A program made the translations under genes and the position numbers. A DNA stretch of 43,601 bases from Chiloscyllium plagiosum (taxonomy: Eukaryota). The notes below the pieces were generated by a model. That model saw only the letters and a program-made list of their open reading frames with translations. It made no database searches and was not told where the DNA came from. The first letter of the stretch is position 1, and every line of letters starts with the position of its first letter. The stretch is from positions 58,560,753 to 58,604,353 of the forward strand of contig NC_057718.1 in the NCBI RefSeq assembly GCF_004010195.1, written 5' to 3'. Positions 23,745-37,217 of this stretch are shown here, piece after piece.

Positions 23745-24780
23745 AGTAGAGAAGCGAGGTCAGCTCCAGATTGCACCAAGTGGTTTTAAAGGAAGGTGTT
23801 GCAGAGATAATGAAGACATTGGCTGAAATCACTAAACTCACTGGAACCTGAGAGGGTTCCGGCATATTGGAAAACTGCTAATATCCTTCTTGCAGAGCAC
23901 TTCAGGGAACATCTCTGGGACACCCGCACCAATCAACCCCACCGCTCCGTGGCTCAACATTTCAAGTTCCCCTTCCACTCTGCCGAGGACATGCAGGTCC
24001 ATCACCACTCCTTCACCACCTGACGCCTGGAGGAAGAACAGCTCATCTTCCACCTCAGAACACTTCGACCCCAGGGCATCAATATGGACTTCACCAGTTT
24101 CCCCATTTCCCCTTCCCCCACCTTACCTCAGTTCCAACCTTCCAGCTCAGCACCATTCACATGACTTGTCTTACCTGCCAATCTTCCCTCCCATCTATTC
24201 GCTCCACCCTCTTCTCTGACCTATCACCTTCTTCCCCACCTCCATCCACCTATTGTACTCGTGGCTACCTTCTCCCCAGCCGCACCCCCTCCCATTTACT
24301 TCTCCACCCCGGAGGCTCCCTGCCTCATTCCTGATGAAGGGCTTTTACTGGAAACATCGATTTTCCTGCTCCTCGGATGCTGCCTGACCTGCTGTATTCT
24401 TCCAGCACCGCTCTAATCTAGACTGCTAATATGATGCTCCTAGTCAAGGAGGGAGGAAGACAGAAAGCAGGAAATTGTAGGCCAGTTAACTTAACATCTG
24501 CCATTGGGAAAATACTAGATTCCATTTTAAAGGATGAAATAGCAGGATATTTAGAAAATCTTGATTCATTTGAGCAGAGTCAACATGGTTTTGAGAAATC
24601 ATGTTGAAAAGTTTGCTAGAGTTCTTTGCGGATATAACAGCCAGAGTTGATAGGAGAGAACAGACAGTTGTAATGCTTTTAGATTTTCTGAATGCATTTG
24701 ATAAGATGCCACATAGAAGGATATTATGTAAGACATGAAGAAGATAATACCTCAGCATTAATGTAGTTGGCTGAAGAGAG
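23745..24780 (+). mobile_element. Decayed CR1 RT fragment interrupted by a PLE; its 3' part probably resumes at about 25690-25970
   Basis: ggaaattgtaggccagttaacttaacatct (GNYRPVSLTS-like), caacatggtttt (QHGF) and ttagattttctgaatgcatttgataag (LDFxKAFDK-like). Confidence 0.75.
23885..24421 (+). mobile_element. 5'-truncated Penelope-like element (GIY-YIG C-terminus plus pLTR with HHR)
   Basis: Exact 11-bp TSD actgctaatat (23874-23884 / 24422-24432). CTGATGAAGGGC at 24331. Homologous to 40960-41525. Confidence 0.92.
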
Positions 24781-24789
24781 AAATTCTGA

Positions 24790-25665
24790 ATGCACATCAA
24801 ACTCAGTGGTATAATAGTGGGGTCAAATAGAGACAGCCGATTAGACTCACAAGGCCAGGCATTAGCTTCAAGCATTGCCTTTAGCAGAAATGGTTCACTG
24901 AAAGTGATACTGAAATATTTGACTTCTTAAAACAAAAACTAACAACTTCCATTGCCTGGCAGAACAAACCAAGGTCACAGACTGAGAAGACAGCATTTCA
25001 ACAGCTCAACACTGACAGCCAAACACACATGATGAAGAGTAAGGACGTGTGCTGGGAAGTGAAAGCCCAGGAGATCCAACAACTTGCTGGCCATAAAGAA
25101 AACATGCAAAGCACTTCAGAGGACATCAGGAACACCTATAAACTCATGTCAAATGAATAAAATCCACCTCATTCAAAAAATAATGTTTCTGTTCTTGAGG
25201 ATGACAATGTTGTCCATCCACACCGAAAAAAATATTTTGATCCTGATAACTGTGGTAGAATCCATGGGGGATCTAACAATAATGCAAGAGCTGCAACAAG
25301 TAATCACATGAAAGCAAAATTAAAGCTTGAACTCCCAGTCATATGTCAGCTCAGGATTTTAAAGCTGGTGAATTTTTGTTCACATCAAAACTCCATATAG
25401 CATCCTACAGATCTGGGAAGTGAAAAAGCTCCCATACCCTCACCCCAACCTCAAGGATGTAAATGTAACAATCTTCAAGAAAGAACATAAATCAAATGAT
25501 TTCTCTCTTAGCCATAAACAGGGATAATACAGACATGTACTCTCCAGGATCAGCGACCTCTTGGGGTTGAGAAAACTGTTCCAAGAATACCGGTGTGAAT
25601 TTTGACATTCCAGAGGAACCTCTGATGTGAGCCTTTTTGCCACACCAATACAAGAGGAGAGAGAA
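24790..25665 (+). mobile_element. Very old RTE-clade LINE fragment nested in CR1
   Basis: Residual peptides KAQEIQQLA (about 25062) and IWEVKKLP...LKDVNVTIFKKEHKSN (about 25411-25497) match RTE pre-RT motifs. Confidence 0.6.
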
Positions 25666-26061
25666 AAACTCTAATCAACCCTAATCAACGGAGTAATCTC
25701 AGGATAAGCAGTCGCAAATTTAAAACCGAGATAAAAGGAGAAATGTCTTTGGTCAGAGGGCAGTGAATCTGGAATTGTTTACCACCATCAAGGCTGTGGT
25801 GTTAATTATAATCAAGGTTGTGGTCCATAAAGATTTAATCAGTAAGGAATCAGAGATTATGGGAACAGGCAGGAAAGTGGAGTTGAGGAATACTAGATCA
25901 ATCATGACTTCATTGAATGACAATGCACACTGGAATGGCCTACTTTGTTCCTATATCTTCTGGTCCTATGGTCGAAATCACGGGTGCTGTGACTCCAATG
26001 ATTTAGATATCCAAAAAGCTTTATCTTTTAAATCCATGGCCTTTACCACCTAGAGGAACGA

Positions 26062-27950
26062 GTCATAGGGTCATAGAGGTGTACATCGCAGAAACAGACC
26101 CTACGGTCCAAGTCGACCAGATATCCAAAACTAATCTCGTCCCATTTGCCAGCACTTGACCTATATCCCCCTAAACCCTTCATATTCATATACCCATCCA
26201 GATGCTTTTTAAATGTTGTAATTGTGCCAGCTTCCACCACTTCCTCTGGCAGCTCATTCCATACATGCACCACCCTCAGTGTGAAAAGGTTGCCCTTTAG
26301 GTCCCTGTTAAATCTTTCCTCTCTCACCCTAAACCTCTGCCCTCTGGTTCTGGACTCCCCCACCAAAGGGAAAAGACCTTGATATTTACCTTATCTGTCA
26401 CCCTCATGATTTTCTAAATCTCTTTAAAGTCATCCCTCAGTCTTTGACCCTCTAGGGAAAACAGCCTCAGCCAATTCAACCTCTCCCTATAGCTCAAATC
26501 CTGGCAACCTCCTTATAAATGTTTTCTGAAACCTTTCAAGTTTCACAATATCCTTCCGATAGGAGGGAGACCAGAATTGCAGATAATATTCCAAAAGTGG
26601 CCTTACCAATGTCCTGTACAGCTGCAACATGACCTCCCAACTCCTATACTGAATGCTCTGTCCAATAAAGGAAAACATACCGAATGCCTCCTTTACTATC
26701 CTATCTACTTGTGACTCCACTTTCAAGGAATTATGAAACTGCACTCCAAGGTCACTTTGTTCAGCAACACTCTCCAGGACCTTTCCATTAAGTGTAAAAG
26801 TTCTGTTCTGATTTGCTTGTCGAACGGCTTACTGAAGTACATATAGATCAAATGCACTATTCTGTCCTCATCGATCCTCTTCAATACTTCTTCAAAACAA
26901 CTCAATCAAGTTCATGAGCCATGATGTCCCACACACAAAGCCATGTTGACTATCCCTAATCAGTCCTTACCTTCTCAAATGCATGTAAGTCCTGTTCCTA
27001 AGGATTCCCTCCAACAACTTGTCCATCATTGATGTCAGGGTCACTATCTGTAGTTCCCTGGCTTTTCCTTATCATGTTTCTTCAATACTGGCAAAACATT
27101 AGCCAACCTCCAGTCTTCTGGCACCTCACTTGTGACTATCAATGATACAAATATCTCAGCAAGGGACCCAGCAATCACTTCCCTAGCTTGTCACAGAGTT
27201 CTAGGGTACATCTGATCAGGTCCTGGGGATGTATCCACTTTTATGAGTTTCAAGACATCCAACAGCCCCTCCTCTGTAATATGGGCATTTTTCAAGGTGT
27301 CACCATCTATTTTCCCACATGCTGTGTCTTCCATATTGTTCTGCACAGTAAGCACTGATGCAAAATACTTGTTTAATATCTCTCCCATCTCCTGTGGTTC
27401 CACACAAAGGTCGCCTTGTTGATGTTTGAAGGACCGTATGCTCTCCCTAGTTAGCCTTTTGCCCTTACTGTATTTGTAGACTCCCTTTGGATTCTCCTTA
27501 ACCATATTTGCTACAGCTATCTAATGTCCCCTTTTTGCCCTCCTGATTTCCCCCTTAAGTATACTCCTACTGCCTTTATATTCTTCTAAGGATACACTCG
27601 ATCTATGCTGTCTATATCTGACATATGTTTCCTTCTTTTTCTTAACCAAACCCTCAATTTCTCCAGTCATCCAGCATTCCCTATACCTACCAACCTTATC
27701 TTTCACGCTAACAGGAATATACTGACTCTGGACTCTCGTTATCTCATTTTTGAAGTCTTCCTATTTTCCAGCTATCCTTTTACCTGCGAGCATTTGTATC
27801 TTGGAATATTAAGCTGCCAGTCCTGTCCATCCCTGAGCCATGTTTCTGTAATTGCTATGATATCCCAGTCTCATGTTCCTAACCATGCCCTGAGTTCATC
27901 TGCCTTCCCTGCTAGGCCCCTTGCATTGAAGTAAATGCAGTTTAATTTAA
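26062..27950 (-). mobile_element. Internally deleted CR1 ORF2, inserted in an L2/Crack-like 3' tail (about 26030-26061 and 27955-28097)
   Basis: LNCIYFNARGL...DIIAITETWL, VKENPKGVYKY, SPGPDQMYPRTL, LVRPLLEY..QFWSP, RVVHVWNELPEEVVEA, and a ctatgac tail. Confidence 0.92.
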
Positions 27951-28334
27951 AGTAAGCACAAGCTAGGTAGGAGGAATGGATCACCACCACCTACAAACTT
28001 CCTTCCAAGTCAGTCACCATCCTGACTGGGAAGTATAGCACCATTCGTTCACTGTCACTGGCTCAAAGTCCTCGAGACCCTTTCTGACAATGCTGTCACT
28101 CATTCAATGAAGAAATTGTGTCACTGCTTGCCTTGCAAGCTAGAATGGTAGATTCCAGTTGCTGCTTATGCTCGGAGTCCAATCACTGAACCTGTGTCAA
28201 AGTGTGTTTTTTTTTGCAAGTCCCCATGACATCTGGATCCCATTGTGTTGCCATGCTGATTCCTTTGAATCCATTGATCTTTCCCAGCGCTGGTATGTAT
28301 TTTTCTAAACGTATTCCTAATGTCTCCTCAAGAG

Positions 28335-29033
28335 ACTATGGAGTGCAGGTTCATAGTTTCTTAAAAGCGGAAGTGCAGGTGGACAGGATTGTGAAGAAGG
28401 TATTTTGTTCTCTTCCCTTTATTGGTCAGTGAATTAAGTATGGGAGTTGGGAAGTCATGTTTTGGCTGTATAGGACATTAGTTAGGTCACATTTGGAATA
28501 CTGGATTTAAACCTGGTCTGCTTGCTATAGGAAAGATGTTGTGAAACCTGAGAGGATTCAGAAAAGATTTACAAGGATGTTACCAGGGTTAGAAGGTTTG
28601 AGCCATAGAGACAGGCTAAATAGATTGGGACTATTTTCCATGGAGTGCTGGAGACTGAGAGGTGATCTTACAGTCGTTTATAAAATCATGAGAGGCATGG
28701 TTAGGATGAACAGCCAGGGTCGGTTCCCCAGGGAAGGAGAGTCCAAAACTGGAGGGCATATGTTTAAGGTGAGAGGGAAAAGATTTAAAAGGATGTAAGG
28801 GGCAACTTTTTCACGCAGAGGGTGGTGCATGAATAGAATTAGTTGCCAGAGGAGGTGGGGGAGGCTGGTACAATTAACTTTTAAAAGCCATAAGAATGGG
28901 TATATGAATAGGAAGGGGTTAGAGGGATATAAGCCAAATGCTGGCGAATGGGACTAGATTAATTTAGGATATCTAGTCACCATGGGCAAGTTGGACTGAG
29001 AGGTCTGTTTCCATGCTGTACATCTCCATGACA
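28335..29033 (+). mobile_element. CR1 3' fragment
   Basis: GVQVHSFLKAEVQVDRIVKK and ERIQKRFTRMLPGLEGLS...LRGDL, followed by a typical 3' UTR. Confidence 0.92.
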
Positions 29034-30319
29034 CCAAGCGATCTTTTTTTTTCCCACTGTTTCTTGGCCAGTAGAGTTTTATAACTGGAACTGATTTAAA
29101 TTGTGTGTTTTTTAATTTCAATCTCTTTGCAACACCCTGCAATCTGTCCATCAGCTACTTGAGAACCTGCTGTAAGAGTGGCAATAGAATCTCACATTCA
29201 TTAAATATTATCCTTTAATTTTCTTTCTAGTTGTCGATAATGATAGTGTAAAGTTAACCAAAATGGAAGCTTGATGATACCCTTTACAAATGAATGTGTA
29301 TGCTATCACTTCATATTCTTGCATCGTTTGCTTACTGAAACTAAATCGCTTGACTTTATTCATTTCTAGCAAAGTCCTGTTTCGGTTCCAGGGCTTTAAC
29401 TTAATTGAGGTATGAATCTCTTTTAATAAAACATTGTTTTACTTTTATTATTGTTGAAAATAAAATTGAAAGCAAGTCAAGCTAACGATTATATACATTG
29501 TAACATAACTAATTAAATGTCCAGAAAAGAGAAATGCACATTGCAATCCATTTTATTGAAATTGGTCCTTGAAATGTAAGCAATTACTCCCATTTTAAAA
29601 GAATTCATAGACATTAAATTTAATAGAAATTAAGATTTAACTAAGTAATTCCACAAACTAATAACTGAAGTGTTGTATTAAAGCAGAAAGCCATGTATTA
29701 TCTAAATCTGTAGCACAGTGACTCATTTATACATTTCGCGTGGAGATGTGCAGCATTTGGAGCTGCCTTCCTCCCATCTGTAATCTGCGAGATCTAGCTA
29801 CTAAGGAAATAAAATGAAATGCAATAAAGAAAAGCCGTGGGAACACAATTCCTGCTGCAGCCCTTAAGATTAATGTACCGATCAATAACATCATTACCAG
29901 TGTCATACTTTGGCAGTAGTTCAGCAGTTGGTCCAAGTCTGTGATGATGTGTAGTCCTAAAGCTAATGATAAGTGCTGGCAACCAAGTGCCCACATCACA
30001 GTATCAAATGCATCATGGAATAATGGAAAAGTTCCCTTTGCGCTAAACTGAAGGTACTGGCCAGTTAGCTTTTATTGAAGAAATAGTATTTTAGTAAAAT
30101 TGTTTGATCTCATTATTTTAAAAATACAGGGCTGGATTTTCAAAGAACTATTAATCTTCCTTTTTATAAAAGGAGAGAGCTTCGTGTTTCTAAAAGGAGA
30201 TTCCATTCAGCAGCGTTCTGCAACTACAACAGTGACAACGTTGGAGGGCCAAGACTCGTTTAAAGTTCCACTCTGTTGACTGAATGATGAGCGTGGTATA
30301 TAGTCTGAGAAAAGTAGTG

Positions 30320-32335
30320 AAACCAGAACCTGCAAACTCTGTTATTAACATGTGGGACCTTGTGCCAAAATTGGGAGAACTGTACAATAACTGAGTCACC
30401 ATTGTCACACTTACCAAGTCATACTTTACATACAATGTCTCAGGCACACCGTCACACTCCCGTAAATATTCTGTGCCACCAGAGGTGGCATCACAGTGGT
30501 ATACAGTCAGGATCGAGTTGCACTGAGAGTCCTTAACATTGACTCCAAGCCCCATAACGTGTCATGGTATCAGATCAAGGGTCAAGGTAATCCTGTTGAT
30601 TACCACGGCTGACCACCATTCTCATATTTGAAGAAAATACTGAGGGCAGCAAGGGCTGAGAATGTGCTTTGAGTGGGGACTTCACTGTACATCACCAAGT
30701 AAGGCTCAGTAGCTCTACCACCGATCAAGCTGGCTGAGTCTCAGGGTACAGAAATGTTAGACTGGGTCTGAAACAAGCAGTTAAGGAACGAGTAAGGGAG
30801 AAAACAATCTACTTGAGCTCATCTTCCTCAATCTACTTGCCACAGACTCATCTGTCCATGACAGTATCGGTTGCAGTGACCACTAAATAGTAACTGTGGA
30901 GACAAATTTGCATCTTCACATTGGAAATGCACTCTATTGTGTGTGCATCAGAGGCACTGTGCTAAATGGGACAGACTTTGAATAGTTCTGGCAATCCTGG
31001 GAACCATGAGACACTGTGGGCCATCAGAAGCTGCAGACTTATATTCAACCACAATCTGTAACTTCATGGTGCAATTACCACTGTACCATTACCACCAACC
31101 CAGAAGATCAACCCTGGTGCAATGGAGCTTGCAGGAAAGCATGCCAGAAGGAGCACTAGACATCCAAATTAAAGGTATTAAGCCGGTGAAAATATACCCA
31201 AGGGTTACTTGCATGTCAAGCAGCAAAAGCAGCATTGACTGAGCAATCCCCCATCCAATGCATCAGATCCAAGCTTTGCAGTTCTGTCACATCCAGTCAT
31301 GAATGGTGATGCAGAACAACTAAAAGGAAGATGCAATTCCACAAATCTTCTAATCCACCGTAATTGGGGAGCAGCACACTAGTGCAAAAGGCAAGCCTGA
31401 GGTCTATGCAGCCAGAGGGGCCAAGTGGATAATCCATCTTGGTGCCCCTCAGGTCCCCAGCATCATAGATGCAAGCTTTAAACCACGATACATTCCATGT
31501 GATGTTAAGGAACAGTTGAAGGCATTGTATACTACCATGTGTATGGTTCCTAACAACATTTCAGAAATGGAATGGAAGACTTATGCTCCAGAACTATATG
31601 TGCCCCTACCAAGCTCTTCCAATACAGCTACAACACTGATATCCACTCGGCAAAGTGGAAAATTGCCTCAATATGTCCTGTCCCCAAAAATGTAGGACAC
31701 ATCCAGCCATGTTTCCTGCCAATTATCAGGAAAGGAATGGAAGGGGTCATTGACAGGGCTATCAGTGGCACCTGCTCCACAATAACCTGCTCACTGAGGC
31801 CCAGCTTAGGTTCTGCCGTCAACACTCAGCCCCTGACCTTGGCCCAAATGTGGATTAAAGAGCTGAACTTCAGACATGAGGTGGGAATAACTTTCCTTGA
31901 CATCAAGGCAACATTTGACTGAGTATAGCAACATTGAGCCCAAGCAACACAGGAGTCAATGGGAATCAAGGAATCAAGGAATCACTGTTGGTTGGGGTTA
32001 TAACTAGAAGAAAGGAAAATCCTTGTAGTTGTTAGAGGTCAGTCATGTCATTCCGAAGTCTTTGTTGCAGGATATTGTCCTAGATCCAACTATCTTCAGT
32101 TGCTTCATCCTTCCTTCCTGCATTAGGTTCAAAGGATAGATATTCATTGATTGTTCCATTCAAAACTCCTCAGATACTGAAGCAACCAATACTCTTTACA
32201 GCAACACCTGGGCTCTGTCCAGGTTCAGGCTGTTAAATGGCAAGTAACAATTGTTCCATGAGAGTCATTGACCATCTCCAACAAAAGACAATCTAACCAT
32301 CCACCTCTAGATATTCAATGGCATTACCATCATTA
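30320..32335 (+). mobile_element. Decayed L2/Crack-like (CR1-group) LINE ORF2; 3' continuation at about 32600-32903
   Basis: Endonuclease GDFxVHH near 30675, plus KLFQYSYNT..KWKIASICPVPK and WIKELN...FLDIKATFD. Confidence 0.85.
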
Positions 32336-32904
32336 TTATCAAAAGATTTTTTAAAGTCTAAACATCCAGTATCCACTATGCTACCTTCATTCATCAAAGT
32401 ATAATCACTGCAAAGAATTTGATTAGGTCAGTAAGACATGAATTTATTTATCATAAGAATTGGTGCATGATCTTAATCACTTCTTTACTGTAAGAATGTT
32501 TGTGCAGTTCACCCCTAATGACTCTTACTACCAACTGCTCAACATTGATATCAAGCTCATCGGCATATCATTTCCTGATTCTGTCTTCATTTTTTCAACA
32601 TCCTAGTGTTTACCATTGCCCAGAAAGTAAACTGGACTAGTGATATTAATACTGTGGCTATTAAAACAAGGATAGGGATTGGAATTTCCGATGTAAATAA
32701 TGTACTTCCTGACACCCTAAACCAGCATTCACAATCACAAGTCAGAAGTGAGATGGAACATTGCGACTGCCAGATAATTGTGACTCCAGCAATATTCAGA
32801 AAGTTCAACACCATTTAGGACAAAGCAATCCATCCATCACCTTTGATATTCACTTCCTCCACAGTGGGAGCAGAGAATACCATCAACAAAATGCGCTACA
32901 GCTA

Positions 32905-34255
32905 TGGTTTGGAGAGGAATTTGCAGGTGGTAGTTTCCCATGCAATATATTGCCCATGTCCTTCTAGATCGTGGGTTTGGAAGGTACTATTGGAGAAACT
33001 TTGGCGAGTTACTACATTACATACTGTAGATAGTACATGCTGCTACCACTGAGTATCAGAGGTGCAGGGAATTAATATTGATAATAGTAATTAGGGTGTC
33101 AGTTAAGCAGCTTGCTTTAGCCTGTCCTGTGTGAGGCTTTTTGAGGGTTGTTAGAACTGCACCCATCCAGAGAAGTGAGATATGTTTTATCACACTCTTG
33201 ACTTGTGCCTTGTACATAGTAGACAGGCTTTGGGGAGTCAAGAAAATAATTACTTGGTGCAAGAGTCCTAGCTTTTGATCTGCTCTTGTAGCCACTGTAG
33301 TTATATACCAGTACAGTACAGTTTCTGGTGAAAGTTAACCCCCAAGCTGTTGATAGTGGAGGGATTCTGTGATAGTAATGCCAGCTGCTTCATCAATAAC
33401 CTTACCTCTACCATTAAGTTAGAAGAGCAGATGTTTCTGTGACCAGTATCAATTATGACTCCTCACATCGTATTGTAGATCTTATAGATGGTGTATATAC
33501 TACTGTTCCTGAATGTTGGTAGTTGAAAGTGAGTATTTCTGGATGTTGTGCCAGTCAAACAATCTGCTTTGGCCTGGATGTATCGAGCTTCCTGAGTGTT
33601 GTTTGAGTTGCACCCAAGCAGGAAAGTGGGAAATATTCTACCACATTCTTGACTTCTGCCTTGTAAATGATGGACAGGCTTTGGAGATTTAGGAGGTGAG
33701 TTATTCGTCACAGAATTCCTAGCCTTAGACCTACTCTTGTAACCTCAATAGTTAAATGGGTAATCCAGTTCTGTTTCTGGTCAATAATAACCCCAGAATG
33801 TTGATAGTAGGTGATTCAGTGATGGTAATGCCATTGAATATCAGGGAAGATGTTAGATTCTCCCTTGTTGAAAACTGTTTTGCTTGAGATGCCTATCACA
33901 TGGCATTTGTGTGTCATGAATTTTACTTGTTACTTGTCAGTTCAAACCTGTATGATGTCCAGGTCTTTCTACACAGGGACAAGAACTGCATCCATATCTA
34001 ATAAGTAGTAAATAGTGCTGAATATTGCACATTCATCAGCGAACATCACCACCTCTGACCTTATAATGGAGGGAAGATCACTGATGAAACAGCAGAAAAA
34101 GATAGGGCCTAGAACTCTACCCCAAGGGACATCAGAGGAGATGCCCTGGAACTAAGATTACTGACTTCCAACAATCACAACTATCTTCCTTTGAGCTAGG
34201 TATAACTCCAACCTGTAGAGAGTTTTCTTCATGATACTCACTGACTCCAGTTTTT
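32905..34255 (-). mobile_element. Two further minus-strand copies of the same LINE family (about 32905-33385 and 33470-34255)
   Basis: ATRADQKLGLL...LTPQSLSTMYKAQVKS. Homologous to 41780-42610. Confidence 0.85.
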
Positions 34256-34263
34256 ATTTTTTT

Positions 34264-34572
34264 TTAGATTACATTACAATGTGGAAACAGGCCCTTTGGC
34301 CCAACAAGTCCACACCGACCCGCCGAAGCGCAACCCACCCATACCCCTACATTTACCCCATACCTAACACTACGGGCAATTTAGCATGGCCAATTCACCT
34401 GACCTGCACATCTTTTGGATTGTGGGAGGAAACCGGAGCACCCGGAGGAAACCCACACAGACACGGGGAGAACGTGCAAACTCCACACAGTCAGTCGCCT
34501 GAGGCGGGAATTGAACCCGGGTCTCTGGCGCTGCGAGGCAGCAGTGCTAACCACTGTGCCACCGTGCCGCCC
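34264..34572 (-). mobile_element. HE1-type V-SINE, full length and young
   Basis: tRNA-like head gggcggcacggtggcacagtggttagc...gggttcaattccc, V-domain tgtgtggagtttgcacgttctccccgtgtctg...tgctccggtttcctccca, and CR1-type tail. CpGs are intact. Confidence 0.93.
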
Positions 34573-35041
34573 ACCGCATCGAGGGCCCCTCGATGCCATG
34601 CTCCTTGGTGCTAGTCTCATTTTGCTGTGGGCTATTTTCTTAGAAACTTTGAAATTATTTCAGAATAAATTTGATCACTCCTTGAGTATAAAGCATGTGC
34701 AGTTATTTTTGACTGCAGTTGGAAAAGACATTACCGATAAAGACCATCATGCTGCAGTAGCCATGAAAAGCCATGAAGTCTCTAGAGGAGAGTGCCATTT
34801 AAGGGAAGCCAGGGCACAGCTACTTTCAAAGGACCTGTTATAATTTAGGAAGTCTCTCATGGGGGAAATAAAGAGCACAGAATTCCAGCAGGACAACTTG
34901 AGAATAGACTGTAAAATGGATGGATATACTAACACTAGGAGTTTGTTCTTCTTCTCTTCCCAGTCCAGATCATTGGGCTGAATCCAACATTTTTTTTTTA
35001 ACTTTGAAGTTGAGTCAAACTTCTTGAGGAAGAATTGTCAC

Positions 35042-35259
35042 TGTTAAGGTTAGAGTGGTGCTAGAAAAGCACAGCAGGTCAAGCAACTTCTGAGGAGCAG
35101 GAAAATCGATGTTTCAGGCAAACGCCCATTCCTGATGAAAGGACTTTTGCCCAAAACGTTGATTTTCCTGCTCCTCAGATGCTGCCTGCCTGCTGTGCTT
35201 TTCCAGCACCACTTTAATCTTGACTCTAATCTCCAGCATCTGCAGTACCCTCGTCCGCT
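35042..35259. mobile_element. Palindromic PLE family-1 insert with HHR at the centre
   Basis: TSD gaagaattgtcac (35029-35041) / gaaggattgtcac (35260-35272). Inverted arm 35045-35127 precedes a sense arm with CTGATGA at 35132. Confidence 0.9.
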
Positions 35260-35879
35260 GAAGGATTGTCACCACCTAGTCGGGCAGGTTTTCTCATCAT
35301 AAGTTACCAAACTCAGCTCATTAATAAACAATCATTTTTCCATGGCACTCTGAAATCCAAATACCATCCTGTCTTACCACACACTGTTCTCAGAACAGCA
35401 GATGTTCCAAAATTTACCAGCCAGTGTGCAGAGCGTAAGTGTTAATTGATGTGTCATGTTGGTTCTCAGAGGCTGGCATATATCAAGTGCCATTGTCTGT
35501 GGATGTGGGCTGTGTGCGGCCAGTACTCTGAACAGTTAATGCCTGGCTTCCAGCATGGGGTTTGTTCAGAGCAAGCGATGAATGCAATCAGCCAGGAGCT
35601 CATTCTGCTTTGCGTTCTCCCAATGTTGAGCTTGTTGTGTGAGTCTGGTAGGTGTATGAATTTTGATGGCATGAGTTGGGCTGTTACCAAAGTGTTTAGC
35701 AAAATCACTGTCATTTGAAAACTAGCTGCTGACGAGACAGAATCTGATCACATCACTTATGAGAACCATAAAAGATAGTGCAAGTTGTTCCGAACATGAA
35801 GATGGGCCTCTCAGCCCTTGTCATCCAATAACTTACCAATAGCCCATGTCAATCAGATACACCGAGTATGCCTGTGAAT

Positions 35880-36185
35880 GAAAGGATCAAGATTAAGGGG
35901 TCACAAATTGAAAGTAATTTGCAATAACAGCAAAAACAATATGAGAAAAGGTTTTCTCGCGCAGCAAGTGGTTAGGGTTTGACCTTGAATGTACTGCCTG
36001 AGGAGTGGTCGATCGAAACAGGTTCATTTGATGCATTTAAAGGCAGTTTGCATGTCTTTAGTAAAGAAAAAATGTACAGGATCACAGGGAGAAATTTGGA
36101 AACTGGGACTAATGAAATGTTGATCTGAAGAGGTAGTGCAGACAGAATAGGCTGAATGGCCTCCTTTTGAGCTGTAATAATTCTG
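35880..36185 (+). mobile_element. Old CR1 3' end
   Basis: ttctcgcgcagcaagtggttaggg...ggctgaatggcctcctt, homologous to the other CR1 tails. Confidence 0.7.
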
Positions 36186-37039
36186 TTTATCTCTATAAAC
36201 TATTGATTCTTAGGATCTTGCTCTACAGGTAAAAGTAATAATAAAGCTCCCTAGTTCTCATCATAAATTATTACTTAGCATTGGTCCACTGACTTTTGTT
36301 CTTTAATGTAAAGTGATAAGAGGCATCATCTTGTAAGTGGGAATTACGATAGAAATGCAAGTCGTTATTGTGGCTGTTGTACTCCTCAACAGCCTTTTGT
36401 GCTTTTGCAGCAGTTAATGGTTTCATTTGGCTAACTATATTAGTGCTGCTGTAACAAATCTAGGTGCTACTTCTAACTTGATTCACATTTGTAGGTTTCG
36501 ATATGTTTACAACCTATACTTAGCTGTAGATATCTGGGCTGCTTGGTTTAATATGTCTCTTGAGTTCAGAGACATTTTTGAGGTTATCTGTGATTGCTTC
36601 AGATATATGACCTTACAATTCACCATCAAAGAGAAAAGGAGCTTGATTCTTAGTTTTTCACTCTTCCATCACAGAAAGCATTTTTCCATCCTCTCCATGC
36701 AATGTATGGGGCACTGCAGATCTTCAATTTATATTTGCTTTCTCCAGCACACAAAACCCAGCATTAGACAATTGAAGTTGGGGTGTTGTTTGGTCAATTT
36801 GACTAATAATAAACACCCAGGAGAACTGCAAAATCTGAAGGCTGTGAAAAGCATGGCTGTGAGAAGGATAGAATATAGGAGAATTGAAATAAGCATTATC
36901 TTGAAGCCAGAAAAGTGATGTTATATATCATTATTTATATATCATTGCTATGTAGCTGCATTGGTAAAAACATGTAAGACTGATTATGACTATTTAACTT
37001 TATGTTTACCTTCATGTGAGGTGAAGCAACCATTTATAT

Positions 37040-37217
37040 CAACTCCAGGACTTGGTGCCGAGGGCGACCGAAGCACACCCAGCAATAGTGAAACAATTAA
37101 AATTGATGATGCCCCAGGAAGCAGAACTAAATTAGAGTCGATATCTTGGAGGGTTCTAAGGTTGAAGAAAATGGCAGAAATAGGGAATGGAAGGGTCGTG
37201 GAGAGATTTGAAAACAG
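37040..37217 (-). mobile_element. Probable old L2 LINE fragment
   Basis: Resembles the reverse strand of the L2 C-terminal region (ctccaggacttggtgcc...caattaaaat...ggagagatttgaaaacag). Assignment from recall. Confidence 0.45.

Noticed and set aside
34500..34572. tRNA gene
   Set aside because: It is the tRNA-derived head of the HE1 SINE, contiguous with the V-domain.
36427..36918. 163-aa ORF
   Set aside because: Non-ATG start, no domain signature, and composition typical of AT-rich non-coding DNA.
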